A stretch of DNA of 64,000 nucleotides from a virus: positions 28,848-92,847 of the IMG/VR virus record IMGVR_UViG_3300021962_000055; one strand, given 5' to 3'. Positions 27,997 through 37,207 of this stretch are shown here, piece after piece (within the stretch, counting starts at the first letter, position 1; every line of letters begins with the position of its first letter). The position numbers and the translations under genes were made by a program. The notes under the pieces are model-generated. The model worked only from the letters and a program-made list of their open reading frames with translations, was not told where the DNA came from and did no database searches.

Positions 27997-28786
27997 GTAG
28001 AAGGGAGATCCAGTCGATCCTGATGGTCATATCATGACCGCAGTGAGCGCACGGGACATCCACCTCCCCGAGCTTCGGGCCTGCCGAGATGGAGGTCAGG
28101 GACTTGATAAGTGTATTACGATCACCGAGGTTAAGGCCCTTGGCCCAAGATTCAGCCTGAGCCTGCGTTTCCCCGTTCTCCCACACACGGCACTTTGCCA
28201 GCATGGCGGAGTTCTGTTCTGCTACAGACTTGGACACCTTGGCAGCAAAAGAGTTATCTGCTGCTGTAGGGATCCTCAGCTTGATAATCTCACCATTACG
28301 GATCTTGACATCGATTGTTGATCGCAGGTCTACGTTTGGTTCTAGCAGAGGAAAGTCTTCCTCAAGATCTACTGTCACATCATTGAGTTTCTCACAGTTA
28401 CCGCACTGGGCCTGAAACGACTTGGTGCGTCCGTACGTGGCCCGGATTACCCCAAGGAACAGGATATCCCTGTCACCGATTGTAAGGGCGTCAAGTACAG
28501 ACGGGTTGTCACTAGTTGACATCTGGCCAACCCTAACCACAGTTCTCTTAATAAGAGAAGACATGTATTCGGCGTAGGTCAAAGTACTCTTTGACTCGAG
28601 CCCTGCCATGTACTCCTCATCAGCGCCTGTCATCTCCCGTACCTCGGCATCCGTGTACCAGATGCCCGTGTTTGGGTCCACCAATCCACGTTGAAGCTCG
28701 ACGATCACCCGCTCGGGTGAGTTAAGTTCTGGGGCTGGTTCTTTGATGGCGTTGTTTACTGCGTCCGCGTCGTTTGCGATTCCCAC
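27989..28786 (-). CDS. tail assembly chaperone (T4 gp26-like with CxxC pairs)
   Basis: REMTGADEE, LTIGDRD, CGNC, CAHC; between tube and tape measure. Confidence 0.75.
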   Translation of the reverse strand: MGIANDADAVNNAIKEPAPELNSPERVIVELQRGLVDPNTGIWYTDAEVREMTGADEEYMAGLESKSTLTYAEYMSSLIKRTVVRVGQMSTSDNPSVLDALTIGDRDILFLGVIRATYGRTKSFQAQCGNCEKLNDVTVDLEEDFPLLEPNVDLRSTIDVKIRNGEIIKLRIPTAADNSFAAKVSKSVAEQNSAMLAKCRVWENGETQAQAESWAKGLNLGDRNTLIKSLTSISAGPKLGEVDVPCAHCGHDMTIRIDWISLLLS

Positions 28787-28806
28787 TTATGCTCCTATTG
28801 TTATGG

Positions 28807-29403
28807 TCAGATAGATGCGAGGGCTTCTACCTCTGCCTTGGTCCAAGCTACCACAAAACCTTCGTGATGCACTGTTAGCTGCTGAACCATGATGCCGCTG
28901 TCGCCAGCATTAAGGTCGCTCAACGAGTAGGCGCCTGGCCAGCAGTTAAACACCTTGAAACCAAAGCGAGCATCGCCGGGGGATGGGGCCTGACCGTCTA
29001 CGTCACCAGGGCTGGAATATGAACCGCTGGATACTGGGTGGTCAAATACCTTTACCAGGATGTCGCAGCGGTAGTTGTTGTCAGCACTGGTGGAGTTACC
29101 AGATGCCTGGTTCCATGAGTGCAAGAACTGCTGCCACTTGTACATCTGAGACTGATCAGAGAACACACCACGGCTAAAGGTGATTGGTGCAAAGTCTGAC
29201 TGGCCAATGAACTTGTGTGGGTGGGTGTTCATTCCACCCTCGCGGTAACCGACCATCTCGTTCTGTACCGACAGACCAGACATGGCGGCAAACCCCAACT
29301 TGTCGAGCCCCCTGGCAGCGTTGCCAAGAACCCCGGGGCCAGGGTTGATCGTAACTTGGAATTTAAAGTTACGGATTGGATCGCTAATTGCTGAACGTGC
29401 CAT
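28807..29403 (-). CDS. tail tube protein (T4 gp19-like)
   Basis: DPIRNFKF, SGL...YREGG, ITFSRGV, FNCWP...SDLNA. Confidence 0.92.
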   Translation of the reverse strand: MARSAISDPIRNFKFQVTINPGPGVLGNAARGLDKLGFAAMSGLSVQNEMVGYREGGMNTHPHKFIGQSDFAPITFSRGVFSDQSQMYKWQQFLHSWNQASGNSTSADNNYRCDILVKVFDHPVSSGSYSSPGDVDGQAPSPGDARFGFKVFNCWPGAYSLSDLNAGDSGIMVQQLTVHHEGFVVAWTKAEVEALASI

Positions 29404-29413
29404 CTATGACTCC

Positions 29414-30946
29414 TCAGATGTTTGAAATGGTATTGGATCCGCCAGTCCACTGGCTAAGATTGATTACAATGAACTCTGCGGGGTACTGCAGGGCGACACC
29501 GACCTCTACACGAACTTCACCGTTATTGATGGTGGTTGAGGTGTTGTTGGTCTCATTGCAGATTACATAGAAAGCCTGGGTCGAGTTGGCACCCTTAAGG
29601 CCACCCGAACGCCAGAAATCACCGAGCAGTGAAGAGGCGGTCATGGTGATGCGATCCCACAGACGCTGGTCGTTGGGCTCAAACACAGCAAATGCGGTAG
29701 CGTCCTGTAGTGCCTGCTTCAAGTAGTTGAGTGACCGGCGGATTGGGATGTACTTGCCAGGGGTCTGTTTGTCTAGGGTGCGGGTACCGTTGATTACGAT
29801 ACCGGCTCCTGGAATTGCTTTGAACAGGTTTACACCATAGGTGTCGTAAAGTGATGCCGACTCAGCGCTAGTGAATGAAGCGGTAAGGCCGATGGCGTTA
29901 CGGATGTCAGTGCCATAACCAGCAGGGGCCTTAGCTACCGTACGAGCAACTTCCGAACGGACGTACGCACCAGCAACAGCTCCACCAGGGTAGGTGTCAC
30001 GGATAGCGGCTGGGCCGGTCTTGGTTGGGTCAGCCATCTTCAACATTGGGTAGTAAACAGCAGCGTATGAAGAGGTTGTGTAGGAGTTCACAGTGCCTGC
30101 GCCGATGGTCGATGCGTCAGTAGCAGACGAGGGGTCGATGATTACAAACGAGTTTCCACGAGCCTCGGCCTTTGCAATAAGGGCGTTTACAACGGTGCTA
30201 GAAGTGCGACCCACTGCGTTAAGCAATAGGACTCCCTCGACGGTCTCTAGTTTAGTGGAAATTGATGCCGTGTAGTCAGCGTCAACTACCGATGCTCCAT
30301 CAACTGCCGCCGAAAAAGCTACCGGGCTGGTGAACCATGACCAGTTGTTGTTGGCGGTTGGGGTGGGGCAGGAAGTTACCTTGATGTATTTTGAGTAGGT
30401 ATTAACAACGGTGGTTACATACCGGTTGTTGGAGGCGCTGTTGGAAACCTCGTTCCAACGTTCAACTTCAACTCCACCCAAGTGCACAGTAAGGTTGAAT
30501 GTGGGGATAACTGAAGCGGTTGGGGATACGGTTCCGCCGCTTACAGTTACAGTGAGGTCACTGCCCCAAGCACCAGGGCTAGATGCCTCTACGGCAATCA
30601 ACGTTGCCGATGCTCCGGAAAGACCACTTGGGTAATAAGGAACAGTAGTGGAGGCGGTAGAAGCAAGTGTTCCGGCTCCTGACGTGTGGAGTACGCGAAC
30701 TACATATGCGTCACGACCACCGTTTGCAAAGTAGTGGTAGACGGCATACCCAAGATCGTGGTTAGCATCGATATCCCCATAGAAGGACTTGAAAGCACTC
30801 CAAGAGTTAATCAACGTAGCAGTCAAAGGACCACGTGGGGCGGTGCCAAAGAACACCGCAGTTGACTGAGCGGAGTTGGAACGTTGGGCGTTATTGGTAA
30901 GAGTTGACTCTGTTACGTATACGCCTGGATTTGAATATGTGGGCAT
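29414..30946 (-). CDS. contractile tail sheath protein
   Basis: PGVYVTE, YFANGG..AYVVRV, AVFEPND..LW, PAEFIVI. Confidence 0.95.
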   Translation of the reverse strand: MPTYSNPGVYVTESTLTNNAQRSNSAQSTAVFFGTAPRGPLTATLINSWSAFKSFYGDIDANHDLGYAVYHYFANGGRDAYVVRVLHTSGAGTLASTASTTVPYYPSGLSGASATLIAVEASSPGAWGSDLTVTVSGGTVSPTASVIPTFNLTVHLGGVEVERWNEVSNSASNNRYVTTVVNTYSKYIKVTSCPTPTANNNWSWFTSPVAFSAAVDGASVVDADYTASISTKLETVEGVLLLNAVGRTSSTVVNALIAKAEARGNSFVIIDPSSATDASTIGAGTVNSYTTSSYAAVYYPMLKMADPTKTGPAAIRDTYPGGAVAGAYVRSEVARTVAKAPAGYGTDIRNAIGLTASFTSAESASLYDTYGVNLFKAIPGAGIVINGTRTLDKQTPGKYIPIRRSLNYLKQALQDATAFAVFEPNDQRLWDRITMTASSLLGDFWRSGGLKGANSTQAFYVICNETNNTSTTINNGEVRVEVGVALQYPAEFIVINLSQWTGGSNTISNI

Positions 30947-31651
30947 TTAAAAGACCTCCGAGAACGGGGTGGTGAATACAGAAGGTGACTGATTGTCTGC
31001 GTTTGTAATAGTACCAACTACAGAGGTTACCTGCTTGACCTGTTCGAGGTCGGAGGCTGGCAGCTCTGCTGACATATTAATAGTATACACTTTTCTAAAT
31101 ACTCTCTTGCGGTACCCAGCTTCCCCATCAAGTAGGTCACTGTTACCCCATGAGACCAGGTCAAATCTCCTGATAGTCCCATCTTCCGGGACATCTATAA
31201 AACCTCTACGAAAAGGCACTACCCTACGTAGGATCTTGGCCGTTAGCTGCCTGTCGTGAAGGGCGCTTCGTGCATAGGTGGTGATTTGATAAATAAGTGT
31301 TACCGGTACAAATGAGTCGGTACGCAGGTACGCGGCCCCATTCATCTCTGCGTCTAGATCCGCAGCGGTCATTTCAGAAGGGTAGTAATTAATAAAGTTT
31401 GGACTCAGGGAAGCCCCGGCGACACTGTTGCTGTAGTAATACTCGGTCTCAGAATGCTGTAGAGAACGGTTGTGTGTTATGCCGACGTTCTCGATTGTTA
31501 TGAAAGGGTATTCTTTTTCGGTCTCCCCTTCTGGGTACCTAAAGAAAACCTTGGCCACACGCTGGGCAGACCGATCGTCTGACACCGCGATGTTAGCAAA
31601 CCTTGCCTTTACGGCAGCGTCTTCAGCTAATAGGAACCCGGGGTTAGGCAT
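30947..31651 (-). CDS. tail terminator / completion protein
   Basis: YP.IT...PV.L.YQIT...R; directly upstream of sheath. Confidence 0.65.
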   Translation of the reverse strand: MPNPGFLLAEDAAVKARFANIAVSDDRSAQRVAKVFFRYPEGETEKEYPFITIENVGITHNRSLQHSETEYYYSNSVAGASLSPNFINYYPSEMTAADLDAEMNGAAYLRTDSFVPVTLIYQITTYARSALHDRQLTAKILRRVVPFRRGFIDVPEDGTIRRFDLVSWGNSDLLDGEAGYRKRVFRKVYTINMSAELPASDLEQVKQVTSVVGTITNADNQSPSVFTTPFSEVF

Positions 31652-32027
31652 TGAACCCCCTCATGGACAAAGCGACATCATCAGAAAACTCAGTTTCAAA
31701 TACTCGCAATAGGGATTGAGGGGCAGCTGTTGATGAGCCGTATTCAAGAAGCTCCGCCTGCTTCTGTACTTCTGCGGATCCCTTTACGGAAATCTTTACA
31801 AAGTTACTTTCAGTAATCTCAACATCAAGGAGATCAGCAAACTCTTTCCAACGTGGGTGCTGTTTTGCCCTATCACGAGCCTGCTTACGGTATTTATCAG
31901 CAAGAATCTTATTGCGCGTATTTTTGTTTACGGCATCCTTTACAACCTTTTCAGCACCAATGGCTTTGGTCATCATGGACGCAAACGCAGAACTAGGGGA
32001 TGTGTTATTTGAATAAGCCCTGATCAC
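31644..32027 (-). CDS. neck protein (HK97 gp10-like)
   Basis: A..LEYG.....P...LR. Confidence 0.55.
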   Translation of the reverse strand: MIRAYSNNTSPSSAFASMMTKAIGAEKVVKDAVNKNTRNKILADKYRKQARDRAKQHPRWKEFADLLDVEITESNFVKISVKGSAEVQKQAELLEYGSSTAAPQSLLRVFETEFSDDVALSMRGFNA

Positions 32028-32088
32028 GGCATACTCTCCCAGTTCTAAGCAGTTGTGATGTCAAGACGCGCATCTTGACACCAATATT

Positions 32089-32625
32089 CTACCCTACTGA
32101 GGGCAACTGCGCAGGCCAGGGGAATGTGTCAACTCTGGCTGGCTCTGGGCCTGGGTCGTTCAAAAACTCCTGGTTGACGTATATTTCTTGTCCAGCTACC
32201 AGGATTGAAACGTCGTCTTTCAAACGCCCTCGAACTCGGTAGTCGTAGACTCCGTAGTACCTACCATCGTAGTAGAACACGTCATTGAGGTGGTTACGGT
32301 ACTCCCATGGGAAAGACACTCCAGCTGACCGCATGTCTGCCATGGCGATAAAGATGTCCATGGTTTGTACCGGCTGGCGGCCCTCTGGTATTGACCGCCT
32401 CTGGTCTTCGTTCTCCGCACCAAGAAGGATAGGGATTACAACACCAGTTTTGTAGCTTTTCCCGCCAGTACCACGAACTCCCTCGTCGTATACATCGTCG
32501 TATATACTATTTACACTAGCTGACCCAAGTAAATTAAACTCATACCAAATAACACTTTCGTTAGCCACTTTGTGGTGGCGTCGAAAGTGCCTGTTGATTA
32601 GGTCTAGCTCCCTGCGTACGTCCAT
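32089..32625 (-). CDS. head closure / neck protein
   Basis: Synteny; DDVYDE; D.FYYDGR.Y.V. Confidence 0.55.
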   Translation of the reverse strand: MDVRRELDLINRHFRRHHKVANESVIWYEFNLLGSASVNSIYDDVYDEGVRGTGGKSYKTGVVIPILLGAENEDQRRSIPEGRQPVQTMDIFIAMADMRSAGVSFPWEYRNHLNDVFYYDGRYYGVYDYRVRGRLKDDVSILVAGQEIYVNQEFLNDPGPEPARVDTFPWPAQLPSVG

Positions 32626-33422
32626 CAGTAGTATGCGTTAGTTGTTTGACCTGACCTTGGGGAAGTATCCACGAACACATCCTCTCGCAGGTTGTCTTCC
32701 TGTACCTCGTGGTCGATAACACCAGTATCGACTGGTGGCCACAGGCGCTCCATTGGCGAGTAGTCGCCAAACTCCTTTGGCTTGTACAGTGGCACAAGAC
32801 GGTTTGTACCACGGGAGATACGGCGCAAGGTAAAGACCTCAATACGGTCAATGCCAATGTTAAGAGCGGTGGCGTGACGCTGGTACTCGGACTCCCACTG
32901 CATTAGAAGACTCTGGGCCATCCTAAACCGCTGGCTGGCAGGGATGTGCACTGACTCTGAGGTGATGACGTCAATGTCTCGGCTGTACTCGGTCATTAAG
33001 GCCCATAAGCATTCACAAATGGTTGCAATGCCAATGGCGTTGATTAGTACATCTGACATCTCGGAGATTCCAACACCAATTCCTCTAACGTGTTTTTCTA
33101 CAGCCCTCTGTGTGTAGAAGGTCAGATCATCAGGGGTAACCCATTCATAGTAGTAACCCTCAATAAGGATCTTTGATCCAGAGGCAGGCAGTGACGCTAG
33201 TCGAAGGATGCCGTTACGCTCATCAAGCGAATAAGCAGACGGAGCTAGTTCGGTTGTTGACCCACCAACTGTGTACACCGCAATCCACAAGCTTGTGGAA
33301 TCGATGTTGGTATGGCCCAACTCATAGGTCCTCCCAGCTACATCGAAGGTAACCTGAAAGAACCTAGGGAAGTCACGAAGATAGGTTCGTGCTATGTTGC
33401 TGATGTCGGAAAGGGTAGCCAC
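32625..33422 (-). CDS. head-tail adaptor / neck protein
   Basis: Synteny downstream of capsid genes. Confidence 0.55.
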   Translation of the reverse strand: MATLSDISNIARTYLRDFPRFFQVTFDVAGRTYELGHTNIDSTSLWIAVYTVGGSTTELAPSAYSLDERNGILRLASLPASGSKILIEGYYYEWVTPDDLTFYTQRAVEKHVRGIGVGISEMSDVLINAIGIATICECLWALMTEYSRDIDVITSESVHIPASQRFRMAQSLLMQWESEYQRHATALNIGIDRIEVFTLRRISRGTNRLVPLYKPKEFGDYSPMERLWPPVDTGVIDHEVQEDNLREDVFVDTSPRSGQTTNAYY

Positions 33423-33434
33423 ACCTACAGTTTA

Positions 33435-33584
33435 CTACGAGTTCGTTTGGTTTGCCCCGGCCAGGGTGTCCTGCCTGGGCTGCTCGTAAGCAGGTTGGTT
33501 TTCCCGGTGGCGGCTGCTCGACACAGTGCGTTTTGTGATTACTTGTTGAGCGGGCAAGTTTGTGGGCTTGGGCAACTGTGTCAT
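33435..33584 (-). CDS. 49-aa hypothetical protein (MTQLPKPTNL...)
   Basis: ATGA overlap with upstream stop; not in ORF track. Confidence 0.45.
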   Translation of the reverse strand: MTQLPKPTNLPAQQVITKRTVSSSRHRENQPAYEQPRQDTLAGANQTNS

Positions 33585-34921
33585 GCGCATCGAATGTAGT
33601 ACTTAACGTACATTGTACGTGGCTGCACCGAGACCGAGGATGGGGCGGCCTGACCGGCTGGCCCAGAGGTCAATCCTGAAGTTAGGTTGATGGTTACGTT
33701 ATGAGTGTGCGCAACTGAAGGGGCAGTCTCTTCTACATAGTTGATGGCCATACCGCCCTGAGGAGTTGAGAAATATAGGTAATCATCTGCAAGGCCACCG
33801 CTTGGGTCGACGAAGTTACGCGGGGCAATATATGACTCACTGGCGTAAGTGCGCAGTCGAGTTGCAAAGTCAACACTAGTAACACTAGGTGTGTGAGTGT
33901 GCACGCCACCATCTAGGGCTACCCCGCTTGAGTGGGAGTGATCAATTGTGTGGGTGTGTTCCGGTACCTGAGCAATGGTCAATGTGGTTTGGTGGTTGAC
34001 ATTGCCTGTGGGCGTTGCAAGAGAGCCACCAGATACGGGCAACCCTCCGAGATACATTCCTCGGAAGTCGGGAAGATTGAATGTTGTTGAGCCGTCTCCC
34101 CCGCCGTACTCGGTGCCCAACACCTGAAACAGGGGCTGGTATATCGACCTGCTGATCGGTGCCCCATTACACTCCAGCCACACAGCTCCGTTTGGAGGGG
34201 TGCTAGACACCCAAGTAATTACCGTACCAACAGGTACGCCCGGATCTACGGGAACCCCTGCCAGTTGTTGCCAAGTGGTTGAGTCCCGCTTTACATATAC
34301 TCCAGACTCACCGTTTGACAGTGCTGAAGTTCGGAGATACAAGTCTCCTGTTGATCCCTGGGATGCTGACGGTACAGATGTACCACGGTACGCAATTGGG
34401 GTTTGGATGTTACGGCGTTTGTCCACAATGTGGCTAGACAGGATTGTGGGGATCCCTTCACCACGGTAAACCGCCGCTATAGCCACATCTGTAGCCGGAT
34501 TAAAGTAGCTAAGTACGGGCAGTCCCGCCGTAGATACAAGCCTGGTTGAGCTACGGGGCAGCGTTGGATTTTGTACTGACTCGGTACCATACAGACCAAC
34601 AAAAGTCATTGTTGACCCACTTAACCGTGCCACAATCAAGTCAAATCGACCAGCTGTTGGCGTGGTCGGTGTGGCTGGAATTGTTAGGTATGAGTTTTCT
34701 TCAACTGCGTAAACAACACCATTGAGTACTACAACACCCCCGGCAACCGACACGGCGGTATTACCACCAGAAGATGGTGGTGTTACGACGCAACCGGAAA
34801 TTACGCCAGTTGTGTCATTACCTAAAATTTCGAAGTCAAGTGAGTCCGGTTCGGATTGATCAAGAACCGCATACTTGTTCCCCGACGTCGTGTCGGTTGC
34901 ATTGGGGATGATGAAGGGCAT
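33581..34921 (-). CDS. virion fibre protein with tail-collar domain
   Basis: PVGTVI.W...WLECNG..ISR..Y..LF..LG..YG.GDGSTTFNLPDFRG; HTH repeats. Confidence 0.8.
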   Translation of the reverse strand: MPFIIPNATDTTSGNKYAVLDQSEPDSLDFEILGNDTTGVISGCVVTPPSSGGNTAVSVAGGVVVLNGVVYAVEENSYLTIPATPTTPTAGRFDLIVARLSGSTMTFVGLYGTESVQNPTLPRSSTRLVSTAGLPVLSYFNPATDVAIAAVYRGEGIPTILSSHIVDKRRNIQTPIAYRGTSVPSASQGSTGDLYLRTSALSNGESGVYVKRDSTTWQQLAGVPVDPGVPVGTVITWVSSTPPNGAVWLECNGAPISRSIYQPLFQVLGTEYGGGDGSTTFNLPDFRGMYLGGLPVSGGSLATPTGNVNHQTTLTIAQVPEHTHTIDHSHSSGVALDGGVHTHTPSVTSVDFATRLRTYASESYIAPRNFVDPSGGLADDYLYFSTPQGGMAINYVEETAPSVAHTHNVTINLTSGLTSGPAGQAAPSSVSVQPRTMYVKYYIRCA

Positions 34922-34929
34922 CAGTTACC

Positions 34930-35184
34930 TCAGAGGGTGTCGTAGATGTTGCCGCTCTTGCGAAGATAGGTGTACAGGTCCTTGGGGATCTTGTACCGGG
35001 AGCCATCCTTAAAATCGTATGATTCCTGACCCCAGAACATTTTCCAGGTGCCCTTGACACGGGCGTTTACGTAATCGCTATCGGTTGACGTAACGGTTAC
35101 TGGCTCGTCTACTACAACATTGTCGTATTCTTCAACATCCTCGATTGGCTCAACGAATACGTCTGGCTTCTTACGGGGTGGCAT
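34930..35184 (-). CDS. small head-associated hypothetical protein
   Basis: AGGAG RBS; follows major capsid gene. Confidence 0.6.
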   Translation of the reverse strand: MPPRKKPDVFVEPIEDVEEYDNVVVDEPVTVTSTDSDYVNARVKGTWKMFWGQESYDFKDGSRYKIPKDLYTYLRKSGNIYDTL

Positions 35185-35205
35185 ATTGGCTCCTTATTGA
35201 GTACA

Positions 35206-35240
35206 TAAAAGCAAGGTGGGGGCGGTTGCCCACCCCCACC
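35206..35240 (-). terminator. intrinsic terminator after major capsid gene
   Basis: GGTGGGGGTGG-GCAA-CCGCCCCCACC then TTGCTTTT. Confidence 0.75.
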
Positions 35241-35266
35241 ATACTACATCATTGAACTGGTTAGGT

Positions 35267-36346
35267 TCAGGAGATTGCGCCGCCCAAAGTGTTGAGGATG
35301 ACGCGGCTCTCGTGGGTGATTACCCCGAAGCCCCAGATGGCGTACCATGCGAGACCGTGCTCACGACCGAAGTCGATGACACCACCGTCACGGAGTTCAA
35401 CCGGGAGGGCGATGGCATGACCGAAGGCGTTGTCACCGATCATGATGGCGCTGTAGGACTCGGCACCAGGGGCCTGAGCGCCACCGGTGTTGGGATCGAG
35501 GTCGGCTGGGATGCTGAGACCCTTCTTGACCTGAGTGGTCTCGATGAAGACTACGTCGTACAGGCGACCGATTTCACCGAGCATGAAGTTGCCGGGAGCG
35601 GCGTACTTGGTGACTTCGATGAACTCGGGCCAGTCGCGGAGCGAACGAGCCTGCGAGGGGTGTACGAAGCAGACGTAGGTGTCACCCAGACGGGGGATGT
35701 TCTGACCGGCGAGAATCTCAACGGCGTCCTTGATGGAAGCTGGGCTGAGGTAACCGGGAGCAGAAGCTGAGCCGACAGTACCGGCGTCGTAGGGGCTGAT
35801 CGAGCCACGGGTAGCGGCTGCGGTCCGTCCGAATACAACGCTGGGGGCTACGGCCGAGCCACCACCGAATGGAACGCCGTTGGCGTACAGGGTGTTACGG
35901 GCCTGGATGTCCATGCTCTGGGCCATGTGACGGCCGAGAAGACGGCTGGCGGAAGCCATGACGTCGTCGAAAGCTGCGTTGAGAAGCAGTTCGGTGACGG
36001 CAACAGCCTTACCATGCTCGGTAACGGTGATCTGGATCTGGCTAGCCGAGAGGGCTACAGGATCCATACGTACACCCTCGGTGAGGGTTGCGCCAGCGGC
36101 CTCGTCTACTGAGAGGTTGTTGTAGCGCATGAAGTTGATGGTCAAACCGGGCATGACACCGAGTTCGGTCTTCTTCACAGCGAACTGCTCAAAGCGAAGC
36201 ACGGGCATGGCCTGGAAAAGAATTTCCTTTGACCAAATTTGCTGGATTGCTGGTGAGAGGGTGGTGTCACTGGTGTAACCTGTGGTCGAAATTGACGCGA
36301 GGTTAGCTCCGGTGATTGCACCACCTACGGGGCCTGGAAATGCCAT
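35267..36346 (-). CDS. major capsid protein (N4 gp56-like HK97 fold)
   Basis: LTEGV...EHG, YVCFVHP.Q...L, GEIG....V.FIET; strong codon bias; follows scaffold. Confidence 0.9.
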   Translation of the reverse strand: MAFPGPVGGAITGANLASISTTGYTSDTTLSPAIQQIWSKEILFQAMPVLRFEQFAVKKTELGVMPGLTINFMRYNNLSVDEAAGATLTEGVRMDPVALSASQIQITVTEHGKAVAVTELLLNAAFDDVMASASRLLGRHMAQSMDIQARNTLYANGVPFGGGSAVAPSVVFGRTAAATRGSISPYDAGTVGSASAPGYLSPASIKDAVEILAGQNIPRLGDTYVCFVHPSQARSLRDWPEFIEVTKYAAPGNFMLGEIGRLYDVVFIETTQVKKGLSIPADLDPNTGGAQAPGAESYSAIMIGDNAFGHAIALPVELRDGGVIDFGREHGLAWYAIWGFGVITHESRVILNTLGGAIS

Positions 36347-36380
36347 TGTTTATCCTCCGATGGATAGGGTTGATTGGGTT

Positions 36381-37157
36381 TTAAAACCGGCCTTTTGTAG
36401 ACCGGGCACTTAGTAGCCTGTCACGCATCTTCACGTATTGATCCATCGGCATGTTGCGAATGTCATCCGCAGTCAACGTTTGGTATTCCTGTTGGTTTTC
36501 CAGTGGTCCAGTTGGGGGAGCCGTTACCGGAGCCCCCTTAGGGCGAGGCGGCTGACTCGCCCTCTGGATTGATTCGATTATAGCATTACTTCGTTCCTTA
36601 AGTACGGAGATGCTATTTTCGATTTCTTCTTCGGTGTTTCCAGTGACTAAGTCACGGAGTTCAGGAATGATTGTTTCCTGTTCAACTTGGAGACGGCGCT
36701 GGCGGTAGGTGTCTAGCTGCTGTAGGTACCGCTCCTTTTCCAGGAGGGCATCCTGAGCCTGACGCTGCTGCTCTAGCTCGCTGAACTTCTGGCCCCACTC
36801 ATGCTCAACCTGGTTAATACGCTGGTTGAACTCATCTTCGCGCTTGGCCAGAAGCTCTTTGGCACTTAGTTCCTCGATTTCACGCTGGCGAAGGATCTCT
36901 GCTTCCTTCTTGGCGCGCTCCTCAGCTTCCTTGATTGCCTTCTCACGCTCTGAGCTAAGGAGGCTCAACTGCTCCTCCATAGCCTTCACACGTCCGTCAG
37001 CATCCTCAAGACGCTTATACATCTTGTCTTTTTCCTGCTGACGGATCTTGTGTACTTCCTCTTCTGAAAAGAGACGCTGATCCTTTGGCATATCCTGGCT
37101 CGGCTCGGGGGTATCGATGGGTACCTGAATACCGTCTTCTCTTGACTGAACTGACAT
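36381..37157 (-). CDS. capsid scaffolding protein
   Basis: Long coiled coil, C-terminal DIRNMPMDQY..MR; between portal and capsid genes. Confidence 0.8.
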   Translation of the reverse strand: MSVQSREDGIQVPIDTPEPSQDMPKDQRLFSEEEVHKIRQQEKDKMYKRLEDADGRVKAMEEQLSLLSSEREKAIKEAEERAKKEAEILRQREIEELSAKELLAKREDEFNQRINQVEHEWGQKFSELEQQRQAQDALLEKERYLQQLDTYRQRRLQVEQETIIPELRDLVTGNTEEEIENSISVLKERSNAIIESIQRASQPPRPKGAPVTAPPTGPLENQQEYQTLTADDIRNMPMDQYVKMRDRLLSARSTKGRF

Positions 37158-37207
37158 AAATTCACCTCTGTTGGTTTGGCTTTTAATGGCTTAGGTAATG
37201 TTAGGAA

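Noticed and set aside
35216-35770. 184-aa + strand ORF, and the many other antisense ORFs in the track
   Set aside because: Shadows of codon-biased genes on the opposite strand; no RBS or recognisable motifs
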